Source: the human T2T-CHM13v2.0 reference genome, Homo sapiens | DNA length: 64,000 nucleotides | Assembly: GCF_009914755.1 (NCBI RefSeq) | Contig: NC_060931.1 | Strand: one strand, 5' to 3' | Part shown: positions 13,881-25,846 of the stretch, piece after piece | How the letters are laid out: each line of letters opens with the position of its first letter | How positions within the stretch are numbered: position 1 is the first letter of the stretch | Position numbers and translations under genes: made by a program | Notes under the pieces: model-generated | Seen by the model: the letters and a program-made list of their open reading frames with translations, nothing else | Databases searched by the model: none | Told to the model about the DNA's origin: nothing

Positions 13881-14351
13881 TGTTAGGATGAAAAACCAGC
13901 AATTAACCCTGAACTGTGGGTTGCTAAAGTAATTAGCCCATCATTTAAATACATGAGAATCTTTTAAAGCAAATCACTGCAAAATAAATGAAAATAAAGT
14001 TGTAGTAAATGCAAATCTCAGCCAAAGGATTGAGATACAATGAATTTATTCAGTGAGTGTTGAGTCCCTCTCTAGGTTTTATTAGATCTGCCAAAAAGAA
14101 CTAACAAAGCCATAGCTTAACACATTTGTAAAATTATTTTCAAACCCCATGGAAAAGAAATATGTGTAATTCTGACTATGTGACTAAATAAATGAGGTGC
14201 ATTAGAAATATCCTGCCAAAGCCAGTTGATCAGGAGTTTAGGGAGATTCACATATATTACTTTATTTCATTTTAAACAATGAAACATGTTAAATGTATAG
14301 AAAATAATTTTTGCAAAACAATACAAAAGGCACTCTTGTTTAACCACCTAG

Positions 14352-14710
<359 letters not shown>

Positions 14711-15519
14711 TTCTTGCTTATTTTTAAAAGAAACAGAGGGATAGGAGCCGCGGGAAGCAGCCACAAAAAAAATAATTAATTAATTAATTTTAAAAAATTT
14801 TAAGAAAAAATAAGAAACAAAACATGACAGACACAGCTGAAACCGTAGCACCTTCTTCTCCCATTCCCAAGGTGATTACCATGATAAAATGAACACTTTC
14901 CATGCACGTTCTGCATTTTTACTCCAAAATATTCATTGAAGAAGCAAGATACGAAATAATATGTACAGAATAATACCATTTTTAAATACAAAAAAGGCAA
15001 AAGAATATATTGTTTCTATATTTTGAATAAGTAAGAATCAGACATGTTTTGTTGAAAATTCAGAGTTGGTGTCTGTATGTTTTCTCACAAATATTATGAA
15101 CAGAGCAATCTATTCATATCACCTTGCTTAACTAATGGTTTTGGCCATCTTTCTTTTATAAGCCAAAAAAAAATCTGAAAAAGCTTGTATTGTCTCATTT
15201 GCAATGTCATTGTAGCAAATTTTATTTTAAAAGGTGTAAAAATTAAGTCACGTTGTGTGAACTATATACTTCAAGTAGCATTTTTTTTTAATCGAATAAC
15301 ATTTCTTAAATCAGCTCTTTCTAGAGACTGGGAAATATATATGTTCATGGGATTAGTAACATTATAGGAATTTTACCCTGACTTCATCTGAGTTATAAAG
15401 ATAAAACAATAAACCTCAATCTTTCTACTAACATATCAAATTTCCCCTTAGAGCCCAGTTGAGAGCTTTAGTTCCTCATTTCAGGAGAAACAGTTGCATT
15501 AATGCCGTTTTTCCCTAAA

Positions 15520-16330
15520 TGTGCGCTTCGGGAAAATAACGAGCCCCTCAAGATGCCCCACAAACGACGGTCCCCTGGTCCGAGGAGCCGGGCAGCGCCG
15601 CGCAGCCGTCTCGCGTGGGACCCACCCGCGGGCGGAGCCAGGCGGCAGGGCTGCCCCACCGAGCTTCACCCCAGCAACCCCTTTAACTTTCTTAACCCTG
15701 TATTCCCCAACCGAACACTTCCCAGAGTTCACGCTGGCAGAGCCCACTTCAAAAAATGCTGCAGGAAGCCATTCACACTCATTCCTATCCACGTTTTTAA
15801 AAATGCGAAATAGTGATTTAAATCAGAACAGAACCTCTTCCAATGGGGGTTTCCTTTGCAACCGGGGCTTCGCGGTGATTTCTGTGCTGTTTTGAGGGCA
15901 CACACCTACATAACACGTTTGCAGAGATAAGGGATCTCAAACTGTTCCCAAAAGTCCCAGGGACTCGTAATATGCAAACCGAGGGCAAATGAACGTGGGA
16001 GGATCCGAGGCGCTCGCTGAAGGGGCTCTCCTGCAGTGCCCAGGCAGAGGGAGAGTGGAGGGGGCGGCTGTGGAGTGAAGGGCGGAAGTGCCCTCGCCGT
16101 CCTGAGGCCTGGGACCCTCTTGATGGTAAATGGCGCTGTTGAGCCCCGATGCGCAGGGACTCCGCGGGCGGCGGACTTGACAGGAAGCTTTGCTGCGGGG
16201 CGGCCCAGCTGCGGACGCGCGGGACGTCAGGGCCCCAGCAGAAGCGCCGGGCTGTGCGTCCTTAAGACTGCGGGTGCGGCCCCGCCCAAGGTCGCCCCGC
16301 CCTCCATCCTTCTACCCCGCCCCCCCCACC
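15520..16330. promoter_or_regulatory. Intronic CpG island / candidate internal promoter
   Basis: Non-repeat, GC-rich, CpG-dense in two lobes (about 15560-15670 and 16000-16330). GC boxes (GGGGCGG, CCCCGCCC), ETS-like GCGGAAGTG at 16082, YY1-like AAATGGCG at 16128, CRE-like GACGTCA at 16223. Confidence 0.8.
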
Positions 16331-16626
16331 ACATTTCTGAAATGAAAGAGTTATCAGTCGCTTTAGGGTTAACTTAAAGAACTGAAAGGAAAGCCCTCTC
16401 TGAACTCTTTCTTTCTACCCTCCTTCCCCAGCAAAACTCAGCAGTGCAGGCTGCCATGTACCATAAAATGGGTGTGCGGGAATGCACAGTGAGAAATCTA
16501 GTTTGCAGGATTCTCTCTGAAGATTGAGCTAGAGAGGACCAAGTTCTCTCTCACCTAAAGCAGAACTGGGATGCTGTCACTTTTCCCACTTCTGGCTGCT
16601 GCAGCGTTTTGTTTATCTTTTTAAAT

Positions 16627-17059
<433 letters not shown>

Positions 17060-17697
17060 TAATGAAGCAACCTAAATAACAGCTATAATTCTAAACAGGT
17101 ACTACGTAACAAGATGCCATTTACAAACAGCTCCCTCAGAGCTAGTCTGACATATTAGATCTTTCTTTCATGAGCATAGTTTACATTCCAATTAGTGCCC
17201 ACTTATGGCAAAATACTGTAACGAATGTTCACATGACTTCTTACTGTGTGCAAAGCTCTTTAACTGGCTTAATTCTTAGAGGAGTGCTAGGCTTTAGCTG
17301 AATGTTCCTTTGGGCCAAGTGACTTCCAGAAAAGAACAATGAAAATAATATCTCCCATGCATTAAGCCTTCACCCTGGGGCTGGTATAATCTATAATCCT
17401 AACAGAGCAGTTCATGGTAGGTTTGACTATCTCAGCTGCACAAATGAGCAAATTCTCAAGACATCAAGGGTTAAGTGACTACCTGGGATAACATCTTCTG
17501 GAAGTGGCAGAACTGAGATTTGCGTTCCAAGTCCATTCCCATCCTTCCATATCACCCTGATTTTCTCGGGTTCAGAGTCCTGGTTCATTTCCTGGCTGTT
17601 CCGCAGACATGTCACAAACTCCAGAACCTTCATTTCTCCATCTGCAAATGGCAATTGTAATTCTTGCTCTGTCAACCTCACAGATTTCTCTCGAAGG

Positions 17698-17700
<3 letters not shown>

Positions 17701-17736
<36 letters not shown>
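17701..17736. repeat. (AC)18 microsatellite
   Basis: Perfect dinucleotide run. Confidence 0.98.
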
Positions 17737-17739
<3 letters not shown>

Positions 17740-18259
17740 AAAACTGTAAAGAGATGTAAACCTTACCGAATAATTACAGGGTATTTTGATTGGTATTTTT
17801 ACTATGATTATTTTTGCTAATCAAAGAAACCAGACAGGTAGTGTCAGGGAATTGTCTAAAGCAATGAGACATTCTTGAAAAGTCTGTATCAGATCTCCAC
17901 TTCTTGCCAGAGAAAATCGCCTTAAGGTGTCCATAGGTGTCCTGGCTTCCAGTGAGGCAACCTAGCAATGAGGAAAGAAATGCATGGTGAGTGCTTCGTA
18001 TGGGCACTCATCAAATGAGCCTTTCAGAGCTCAATAGAAAACCCTATCCCAGTGAATCTTCTGTTGTGCTGAAGATTGCAGCTGAAGATTGTTGTCCCAC
18101 ACAGCACAGTGATGTTAGAATTGGTTGAGCTCCTAATGTGGCAAGACCCCACACATTTCTAGATCCACCCAGAATGAGGTAAACCCTTCCAAAGAAAAAG
18201 AGAAATATCGAATGCTGTATTTTGAGTCTTCTTACTCTGTGGGATTGATAGAGCAAGAA

Positions 18260-18480
18260 TTACAAGAATTCTTTTGAGTCTAAGACACCACTGATTTTAA
18301 ATTACACTTAAAGTCATACCAGTGATTTTTGGAGAGGAGGAAAGAAAATACCACATTTAACAAGTATATCAATTGTTAGAAGTAGCCTAATTTCAAAAAT
18401 GTTAAAAATGTAAAAAAAAAAAAGAAGTTATCATTGAAATGTTGTAATTAAGGGGGATACTATAATTGAGGAAATATGTT
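18260..18480. mobile_element. Probable MER104-like (TcMar-Tc2) DNA transposon relic
   Basis: gagtctaagacaccactgatt...aatttcaaaaatgttaaaaatgtaaaaaaa resembles recalled MER104 consensus. Confidence 0.45.
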
Positions 18481-18849
18481 ATTTATATCCTGAACCAATT
18501 CCAGTATCAATAAGACCATACAATGGGCTGTTGATGATGGCTCCTTTTTAGTATTTAACAAAAAGTCAGGGATGGGAGTGGAAGCCATTTATATCTCAGC
18601 TTTTCCAACTATAGAATGAAAATTAAACTTGATTTGAGTAGAAGGAGGGCGGACAAGAAAAGGAGGAAGTGCTGAATTTTGATTTAGCGTCCTAGAACAA
18701 CATCAGTTCCTTCTGCAAACTATGTTTATAGTTAAGATGAGCATTATCGGAGAGGAGAAAACATTAAATTCACATGTGAGCGACATTAAACTTTCAAATA
18801 AACATTCAGTATATCATTTACCACACCATATGCCCAATAATGCACCCAA

Positions 18850-18927
18850 CTTTCTTATTGGTCTGTGAGCTGTTGACATGATGAATACTCTTAAAGATGT
18901 CATCAACTCACAGAGCCAATAAGAAAG
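18850..18927. repeat. Imperfect inverted repeat (30-bp arms, 17-nt spacer)
   Basis: ctttcttattgg-tctgtgagctgttgacat versus the reverse complement of atgtcatcaactcacagagccaataagaaag: 2 mismatches, 1 indel. Confidence 0.85.
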
Positions 18928-20004
18928 AAATGAGAAATAAATCAGAGTTAGGTAGGAATGGAAAAGTCACAACTTACAACAGTGAGAGGAGCCAGATTAA
19001 GTTCAAATGTAGGCCTTTGAATGACCCAATTGAATTTAGTGCACTAGCCATTACTCCAAATTGCCATTTGTCTCATCAACTAAGCTTTCCTACATGTATA
19101 ACTAACAATATAAATAGATCCTGAGAAGATGTCATCAGGTGGAGGGTTCAGAATACTACAGTGAAGTCAAGATGTGATGCAGCTTTATATTTGTAAGTAA
19201 ATGCTATTAATCAAACAACACAAAGATACACAAACAGGAAAAAAAATGTTGCACACTCCCTAGATGAGATACTTGCCAATAGATACAATAAACCAATCTC
19301 CTTAGAGTAACAGAGATGGACAGTGCAAATGTCCATGTACTCACATGAAAGGTGGCCCAGGATAAAGAACATGGACTTTCAAATCAGACAAATCTGAATC
19401 CTGACTTCATCTGCAAGCAGCTCTGCCCCCGCTGGCAAGATATTTAATCTTCCTCAGCTAAAGTTATCTCTTCCATGAAATGACACTAATATATTCCTCT
19501 CAAGTTTGTTAGGAGGATTAGTATTAATAGCAATAATAAATTAATATGTTGCTGCCACTAATTGAGCACTATTTATGTGCCAAGCAGCTATTTATGTGCC
19601 AAGCACTTGATATATTACTTTGTCTTTACTACCACACACAATATGGTTTATTCCCATTATACAGATTAAGAAACTTCCAATATCACCCAACTAGAAATGG
19701 CTGGATTCAAACTCAGTTATGTCTAATAGAGATTGTTTTTAATCACTGTACTGTAATAATAATTTAAAGTATTTTGTTTTGTTCACTGCAGCTAGAACCA
19801 AATGGCTAGAACGGCATCTGGCACATAAAGACCATAAATACAGTAATAAAATCTGTGGCCTGAATGGAGTATTTCATATATGCTAATATGCTAGTCAATA
19901 AGCATTTTTGCATAAATTCATCATTTCATTTCATTCTCACAATGATTTTGCACTATCATCTCTAATTTACAGCTGAGGAACTGAAGGCTCAGAAAAGTTA
20001 AACA

Positions 20005-20315
<311 letters not shown>

Positions 20316-20491
20316 TTAACCAACTTTCCAGAGCCATACAGTAAATGATAGAGCCTGGATTTGAGCCCAGATCTGGCTGCTTTGAAGCCCAGCTTTCCTC
20401 TGAAGCAAAGCTGCTTTCAGCATAACGTGTGTAAGTGCCTAATACAGTGCCTACCATATAGTAGTCATTTCATAAATATAGTGCTCTCTTC

Positions 20492-20772
20492 ATGTGTGTG
20501 TGTGTGTATATATATATGTATATATGTATATATGTGTATATATATATATGTATATATGTATATATGTGTATATATGTATATATGTATATATATGTGTATA
20601 TATGTGTTTATATATGTGTATATATGTATATATATGTGTGTATATATACATATATATGTATACACATATATACACATATATACACACATATATACGTATA
20701 TGTGTATATATACACATATATATACGTATATATGTGTATATATACACATATATATACGTATATATGTATATA
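20492..20772. repeat. Compound (TG)/(TA)/(TATG)/(CATA) microsatellite, ~280 bp
   Basis: Almost uninterrupted alternating purine-pyrimidine tract. Confidence 0.97.
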
Positions 20773-20817
20773 TTTTTTAACCCACTCAGGGTGGCTGATC
20801 TAAAGTAGAGTCTGTTT

Positions 20818-21120
20818 GGGTTTTTTGCTTGTTTTTTGGGACTGAATCTCACTCTGTCGCCCAGGTTGGAGTACAGTGTTGCCATCTCTGCTCACTGCAA
20901 CCTCTGCCTGCTAGGTTCAAGCGATTCTCCTGCCTCAGTCTCCTGAGTAGCTGGGATTACAGGCACGCACCATCACGGCCCACTAATTTTCGTATTTTTT
21001 AATAGAGATGGAGTTTCACCATGTTGTCTAGGCTGGTCCCAAACTCCTGACCTCAAGTGATCCGCCCACCTCAGCCTCTCAAAGTGCTGGGGTTACAGGA
21101 GTGAGCCACCATGCCTGGCC
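20818..21120 (-). mobile_element. AluS (Sx/Sz-like)
   Basis: Full dimer; 17-bp TSD taaagtag(a/g)gtctgttt at 20801-20817 and 21121-21137. Confidence 0.95.
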
Positions 21121-24018
21121 TAAAGTAGGGTCTGTTTAATATATCGAAGTTTTATGTGGATATGCTTTTAAGTGGGTCATCCAGCATTACTATATCTCAT
21201 GAAAATGGCAATTGTTTATTTAGTTAACTCACTTCAATTGTTTTAACAGCTAACATTTTGGGGTTGTTGTAAAAAGTAAAAGTAACAAAGGATGTTAAAT
21301 CCTTGGCACTCGCATCTGTCTTGAAACCCATGGTCCCGCCAGCATGCAGAGAAGACCAGTTTGATGATTTTGAGTCAGCTGCCCACACATTAGTGACCGG
21401 GTAAGCTGGACAATCTTGTTTTCTTCAGATTAGCAGCAGCAGCAGCAACAGGCTAGATGATGCCTAGCTTGCCTCTATGACATGACTATGTGGCTGCTAG
21501 ACATAATAGCATTCACTTTTCTCCGTAACAAAATGTTGTAATTTATTTAATCAAAAGGCAGGGCCACAGAGATATTACCTGCTAGGCTCATTTAACAACT
21601 GTTGATTTCCTCTGATGGTCTAGAATGAAAACATTCCCATCTGCCTTCAGTAAATCTGCAAGTAATGTCAGCAAACTATCCTAGATAACCAAAAGGAAGG
21701 AACAAATAACATGGACAAAACCAAAAATCTGTTTTAAATTCACATGGAATTTGAAGATTTTCTTGCAAGTTTAGAATGGAAGCCTTCTTTATATGAGGAT
21801 CTTCTCAGTATTACTGGGTTATAAAAGAACTATTTAGGATTTTTAATACAAAGGGTAACATTACTGAAAGAAAGAATGTTTATGTTTAAAAGGTGATACA
21901 CAAATTCCTTAAATGAACACAAAAGGAAATGACATAGTGTGCTACTCCAGACTCTGAGAATTCATTTTGATTTCTGAGACCATAAAATCATACACATTTC
22001 TAAATATTTGAAAAGTAGAGTTTCTGCCCCTCTAGGCTCACATGGAGATAAGGCAGTAGAAATGGGAATAGTATCTATGGTTTTGCACATCTAGACTGGT
22101 TCCTGAAATCCAGAACCTAGGTGAATCAGAAAGTACTAAAAACTTACCTTCTCAGAAACCAAATATGATACTACAAACATTGCTTAAAATGCTCCAATTT
22201 TTTTAGCAAAGTTAAATAGATTTTTTTAAATTCTGAGTTATGGATTAAGTTAATGGTTTTGTAGCTAAACATGTCAATGGATCTTTGATGTAAGTATCAT
22301 TATTCCAGCTTTTCCATTACTTAATAATATATAGGGCTAGTCTATGAATGATATCATCTGGCAAGGCTGTGAGACATGTTCCTGACAAGGCTGTACTTTG
22401 AAACTAACTTTTGAGATTAAAAATGCCAAAATTCATGCTATCAGCATAAATTATAAATTATTGAGCTTAAAACAGGACAGTCAGAAAATCATTACATTTA
22501 TCGATTGGTTTATTAGCAATAAGAAATCATATTTCACAAGGACCAAATTTGAAGTGCCTTGCAAATACTCTTTTTCTGAGGGACATTTAAAGTAGGAATT
22601 AGAAAACTATGAGAAACCACAATTGGAAGAGTATATCCAGCCCTCTTTCCATACATCTATCAAAAACTGCCTAATCATTAGGGATAAGGCTGCAGATTGT
22701 TCACCTATGAAAATGGGGATGCAATTTTACGAGAAAAACTCATCAGCGTAATTCTTATGAGTTACGGTCTTTGTTGTGAGAAATGAGAAATTCTGTGGTC
22801 TCACCCTAAAGAACATTAAAAAAAATTACTAACAGGAAATTGAAAAAGTAATATATGTTTGAGTGATGAGGACAACTTTTTTCTGATTGAATAGATAGAT
22901 AAATATTGCATGCAAGTATCAAAATACATTTAATTTTGCCACAACAATGGATATTCTCTTCACAGAAAGCATATGAATCATCTTGGACTCATGAAACTGA
23001 GTGGTGATGAACAGATGCATCTTTAATGGCACTTGGCACGCTTCGTTCCCCACCCTCTTTTTTTCTTAGAGGCTTGTTTTGTTGTTTGTCCTAATTTAAA
23101 TTCAGCTTTACAGCTTGTATGTGCTCACTGAGTATAAACACAGCACAAAGGGATGCTAAATTTGTACAGTATTTTCTTAAAGCAATTGCCAAACATTTTC
23201 TTCACCAATTCCTGTTGCTCCAAAAAACTTGGAATATTGGAGATCACTGGTCCAAATTTAGGGTTTTGTTGTTGTTGTTTGTTTGTTTGTTTGCTACCAC
23301 TGCTGTAGCTCTTTTTTTTCTCATTTGGGAAGAAAAATAATATAAACATTTCATAGGTCTAATGGTTTATTTAGGAATGTTTACTAAAGCTTCTAAGGAC
23401 CAAAGCTGAGTGAAACTAACAGGTGTTCTCCCAAGCAATAAATAACTTTAATCTGATTTAGTCACTTAATCTGGCATCAACAGGCAGAAGCAGAAATACT
23501 TCTGCAAATTCTAGATATTTTTGCTGGTATTAAAACTTAAAGTTCAGGCAAAGCCATATAAAGGCTCACGAAGTTGGTCTTTCCGCAAAATGATGGCTTC
23601 ACCACAGTTGTGCTTCTCTTTTAAGGGGGAAAAAATGTTTCAGCAATTTGACAGTGTTGGCAGCTACCAAGAAAATGAAAAGAAACCATAGTTTAATCTG
23701 TAGTCACTGGGGAAAAAAGGAAAGAATGATGAAAAGAAATGTTTGCAGTTTATCCATAAAAATGTGTCTTTGTTTTCTAGTACCTGGAACATTCTTAAAC
23801 TTTCTAGTGGACAAATATAATCAAAACGTAAAACCACTAAGAAGAATTGGAAATTGAAGCATTAGATCATATTTACAAATATTTTCATTTCCTCCCACTG
23901 AATAAGTAATATTCAAATAAATAAATAAGTGAGGAAAAAAGAATAAGTAAGATGCTAGAAATGGAAACCAAGGCCACAGTGGCTTGAAGGAATTCATTTT
24001 TATGCGATATCTCATGTG

Positions 24019-24656
24019 CCCTTGTTATAAATAACTGTGGGTGGAAATGTCCACTCACTTTTATTCAAATTAGAATTCTACAGATAGGAAAATTAAAATA
24101 TATCCACAGATGGGAAGTTTTTGGGAGCGTGATGGAGCTGTGCCATTGTTTACAAGTAAGAAATGCATAGGATCCTTGTGATGGACTAAAGATGTGCAGA
24201 GGTTATGACTGTGGTGCGGCCACTGAGGAGGAGAATTGTGCTATGCAAAGTTGAGGTCATTTTCCACCATGTGCCTGCCATGTCTACTCTCCAGTGGGAA
24301 ATCAGTGGCTTCAATTTATGCCCTTAGAGACCAGAAGTCCCAGTAGATCGACTTCCCACCTACACCCCATAAAATAACTCAGTCCGGATTGTTACCTGAC
24401 TTACGTAGGCATTTTGGTCATTTTCCTTCCTACAGAGTGGCTTTAAAATGAAATTCAGAATAGACAGATATTTCTCAGACTCTCAAGATCTAGAAAACTG
24501 CCTGACAGTGCCATCAACAATGGTGCAGCAACATCATCTTCCCAAAAAGTTCCCATCTATGGATATATTTTAATTTCCATATCTGTAGAATTCTAATTGG
24601 AATAAAAATGAGTAGACATTTCAATCCACAGAATAAGGTCATATTTCAACGAAGGG
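24019..24656. mobile_element. Non-autonomous piggyBac-like DNA transposon (Looper-like) with ~130-bp terminal inverted repeats
   Basis: 24019-24150 is the reverse complement of about 24516-24656 at high identity. Ends are CCCTT...AAGGG, followed by TTAA at 24657-24660. Confidence 0.65.
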
Positions 24657-25501
24657 TTAACTCGGCTGTCCAGCAGCAAACACATCTGAGCATGTAATTG
24701 GTCTTCAAAAGGAGAAACTTTAGGAGATCACCTAAAGTCATTGACAGTTGCAGCAGTTTCCAGGAGGAGAAAAGAGCCTATTGAACTCTTGTCAACAGTG
24801 CGGGTTTCAGTTTTATGTAAATTGCTGCCATCTTGACTGTCCTGCCTACAGGGAGCCTAGGTTTTCTTCTCCACTGGTGGGCTGCTGGTGCCTTAAGAGA
24901 GGATTTACAGAATACTCCTACTAATCCAAAAGAGAGTGTTTACACAAATTCAGATGGCTGGGTAACATCCGGGTCTTCTATAGTGGGAACTAATACAATG
25001 TGGTATGCCCTGCCCCCACGCCAGGCACACAGGAGGCCCTCAGAAAGGATTTGCTGAGTAAGTGAGTGAGTGAGTGAGTGATGAATTTGTACATGAGCAA
25101 ATGCATGAATAAAACAACCTCTTAGTTTTGAAGCCATCACAGAATAAAGCAGAGGGATTCTGCCAGTGAAAATGCTGCCACTGTCTATACTGGCATACAT
25201 TTAATATGTAATTATTAATATTTGTACAAATATAACCAAGCTTATATACTTAAAGCTTCGAGTATATGTTAACCATAAGCAATACATTTCCCAGGAGAAG
25301 ATAGGCATGAAACAAAATGGCAAGTTCTCTGTCCATTTCCAAAAAGATGCCTGAAATTCCACTTCCCTTGCCCAAACAGAATTACATATAGTGCTGAGCA
25401 TCTTGCTTATCTGGCCCTTTCTGGGAGAACTACTTTGTATCCCTAAGTATTTCCCCTTAGTTACAGAGAAGGCCAGTCAACGTTGATTCCAACATCATGC
25501 C

Positions 25502-25846
25502 TGTCTTGGTCTGTTCTGGCTGCTGTAACAGAATATGGTAGACTGGATGGCTTACAAACAACAGAAATATATTTTTCATAGTTCTAGAGGCTGAGAAATT
25601 CAAGATCACAGTGCCAGCAGATTCAGTGTTCAGTGAGGACCCACTTCCTGGTCACAGACAGCTATCTTCTTGCTGTGTCCTTACATAGTGGTAGGGACCA
25701 GGGAACTCTCTGGGGTCTCTTTTATATGGACACTAATCCCATTTGACCTAATCACTTTCCAAAGGCCTCACTTCAAATACCATTATATTGGACTTGAGGT
25801 TTCAACATGTGAAGTTTGGGGGAACATAAATCTTCAGTCCATAGCA
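25502..25846 (-). mobile_element. Solo MaLR LTR (MLT1A-type) with 5-bp TSD
   Basis: TG...CA termini; typical MLT1A motifs; ATGCC duplicated at 25497-25501 and 25847-25851. Confidence 0.88.

Noticed and set aside
15468-16377. 63-124 aa ORFs in the CpG island as standalone genes
   Set aside because: GC-rich stop-poor sequence, overlapping frames on both strands, no recognisable protein
19569-19605. 18-bp tandem duplication CTATTTATGTGCCAAGCA (and 13-bp GAGGCTGGAACTG twice near 60641-60671)
   Set aside because: Two-copy slippage duplications, apparently within old repeat relics; not CRISPR-like and no functional cue
20361-20885. Several 94-139 aa Y/I/C/V/M/H/T-rich ORFs
   Set aside because: Artefacts of the stop-poor RY microsatellite
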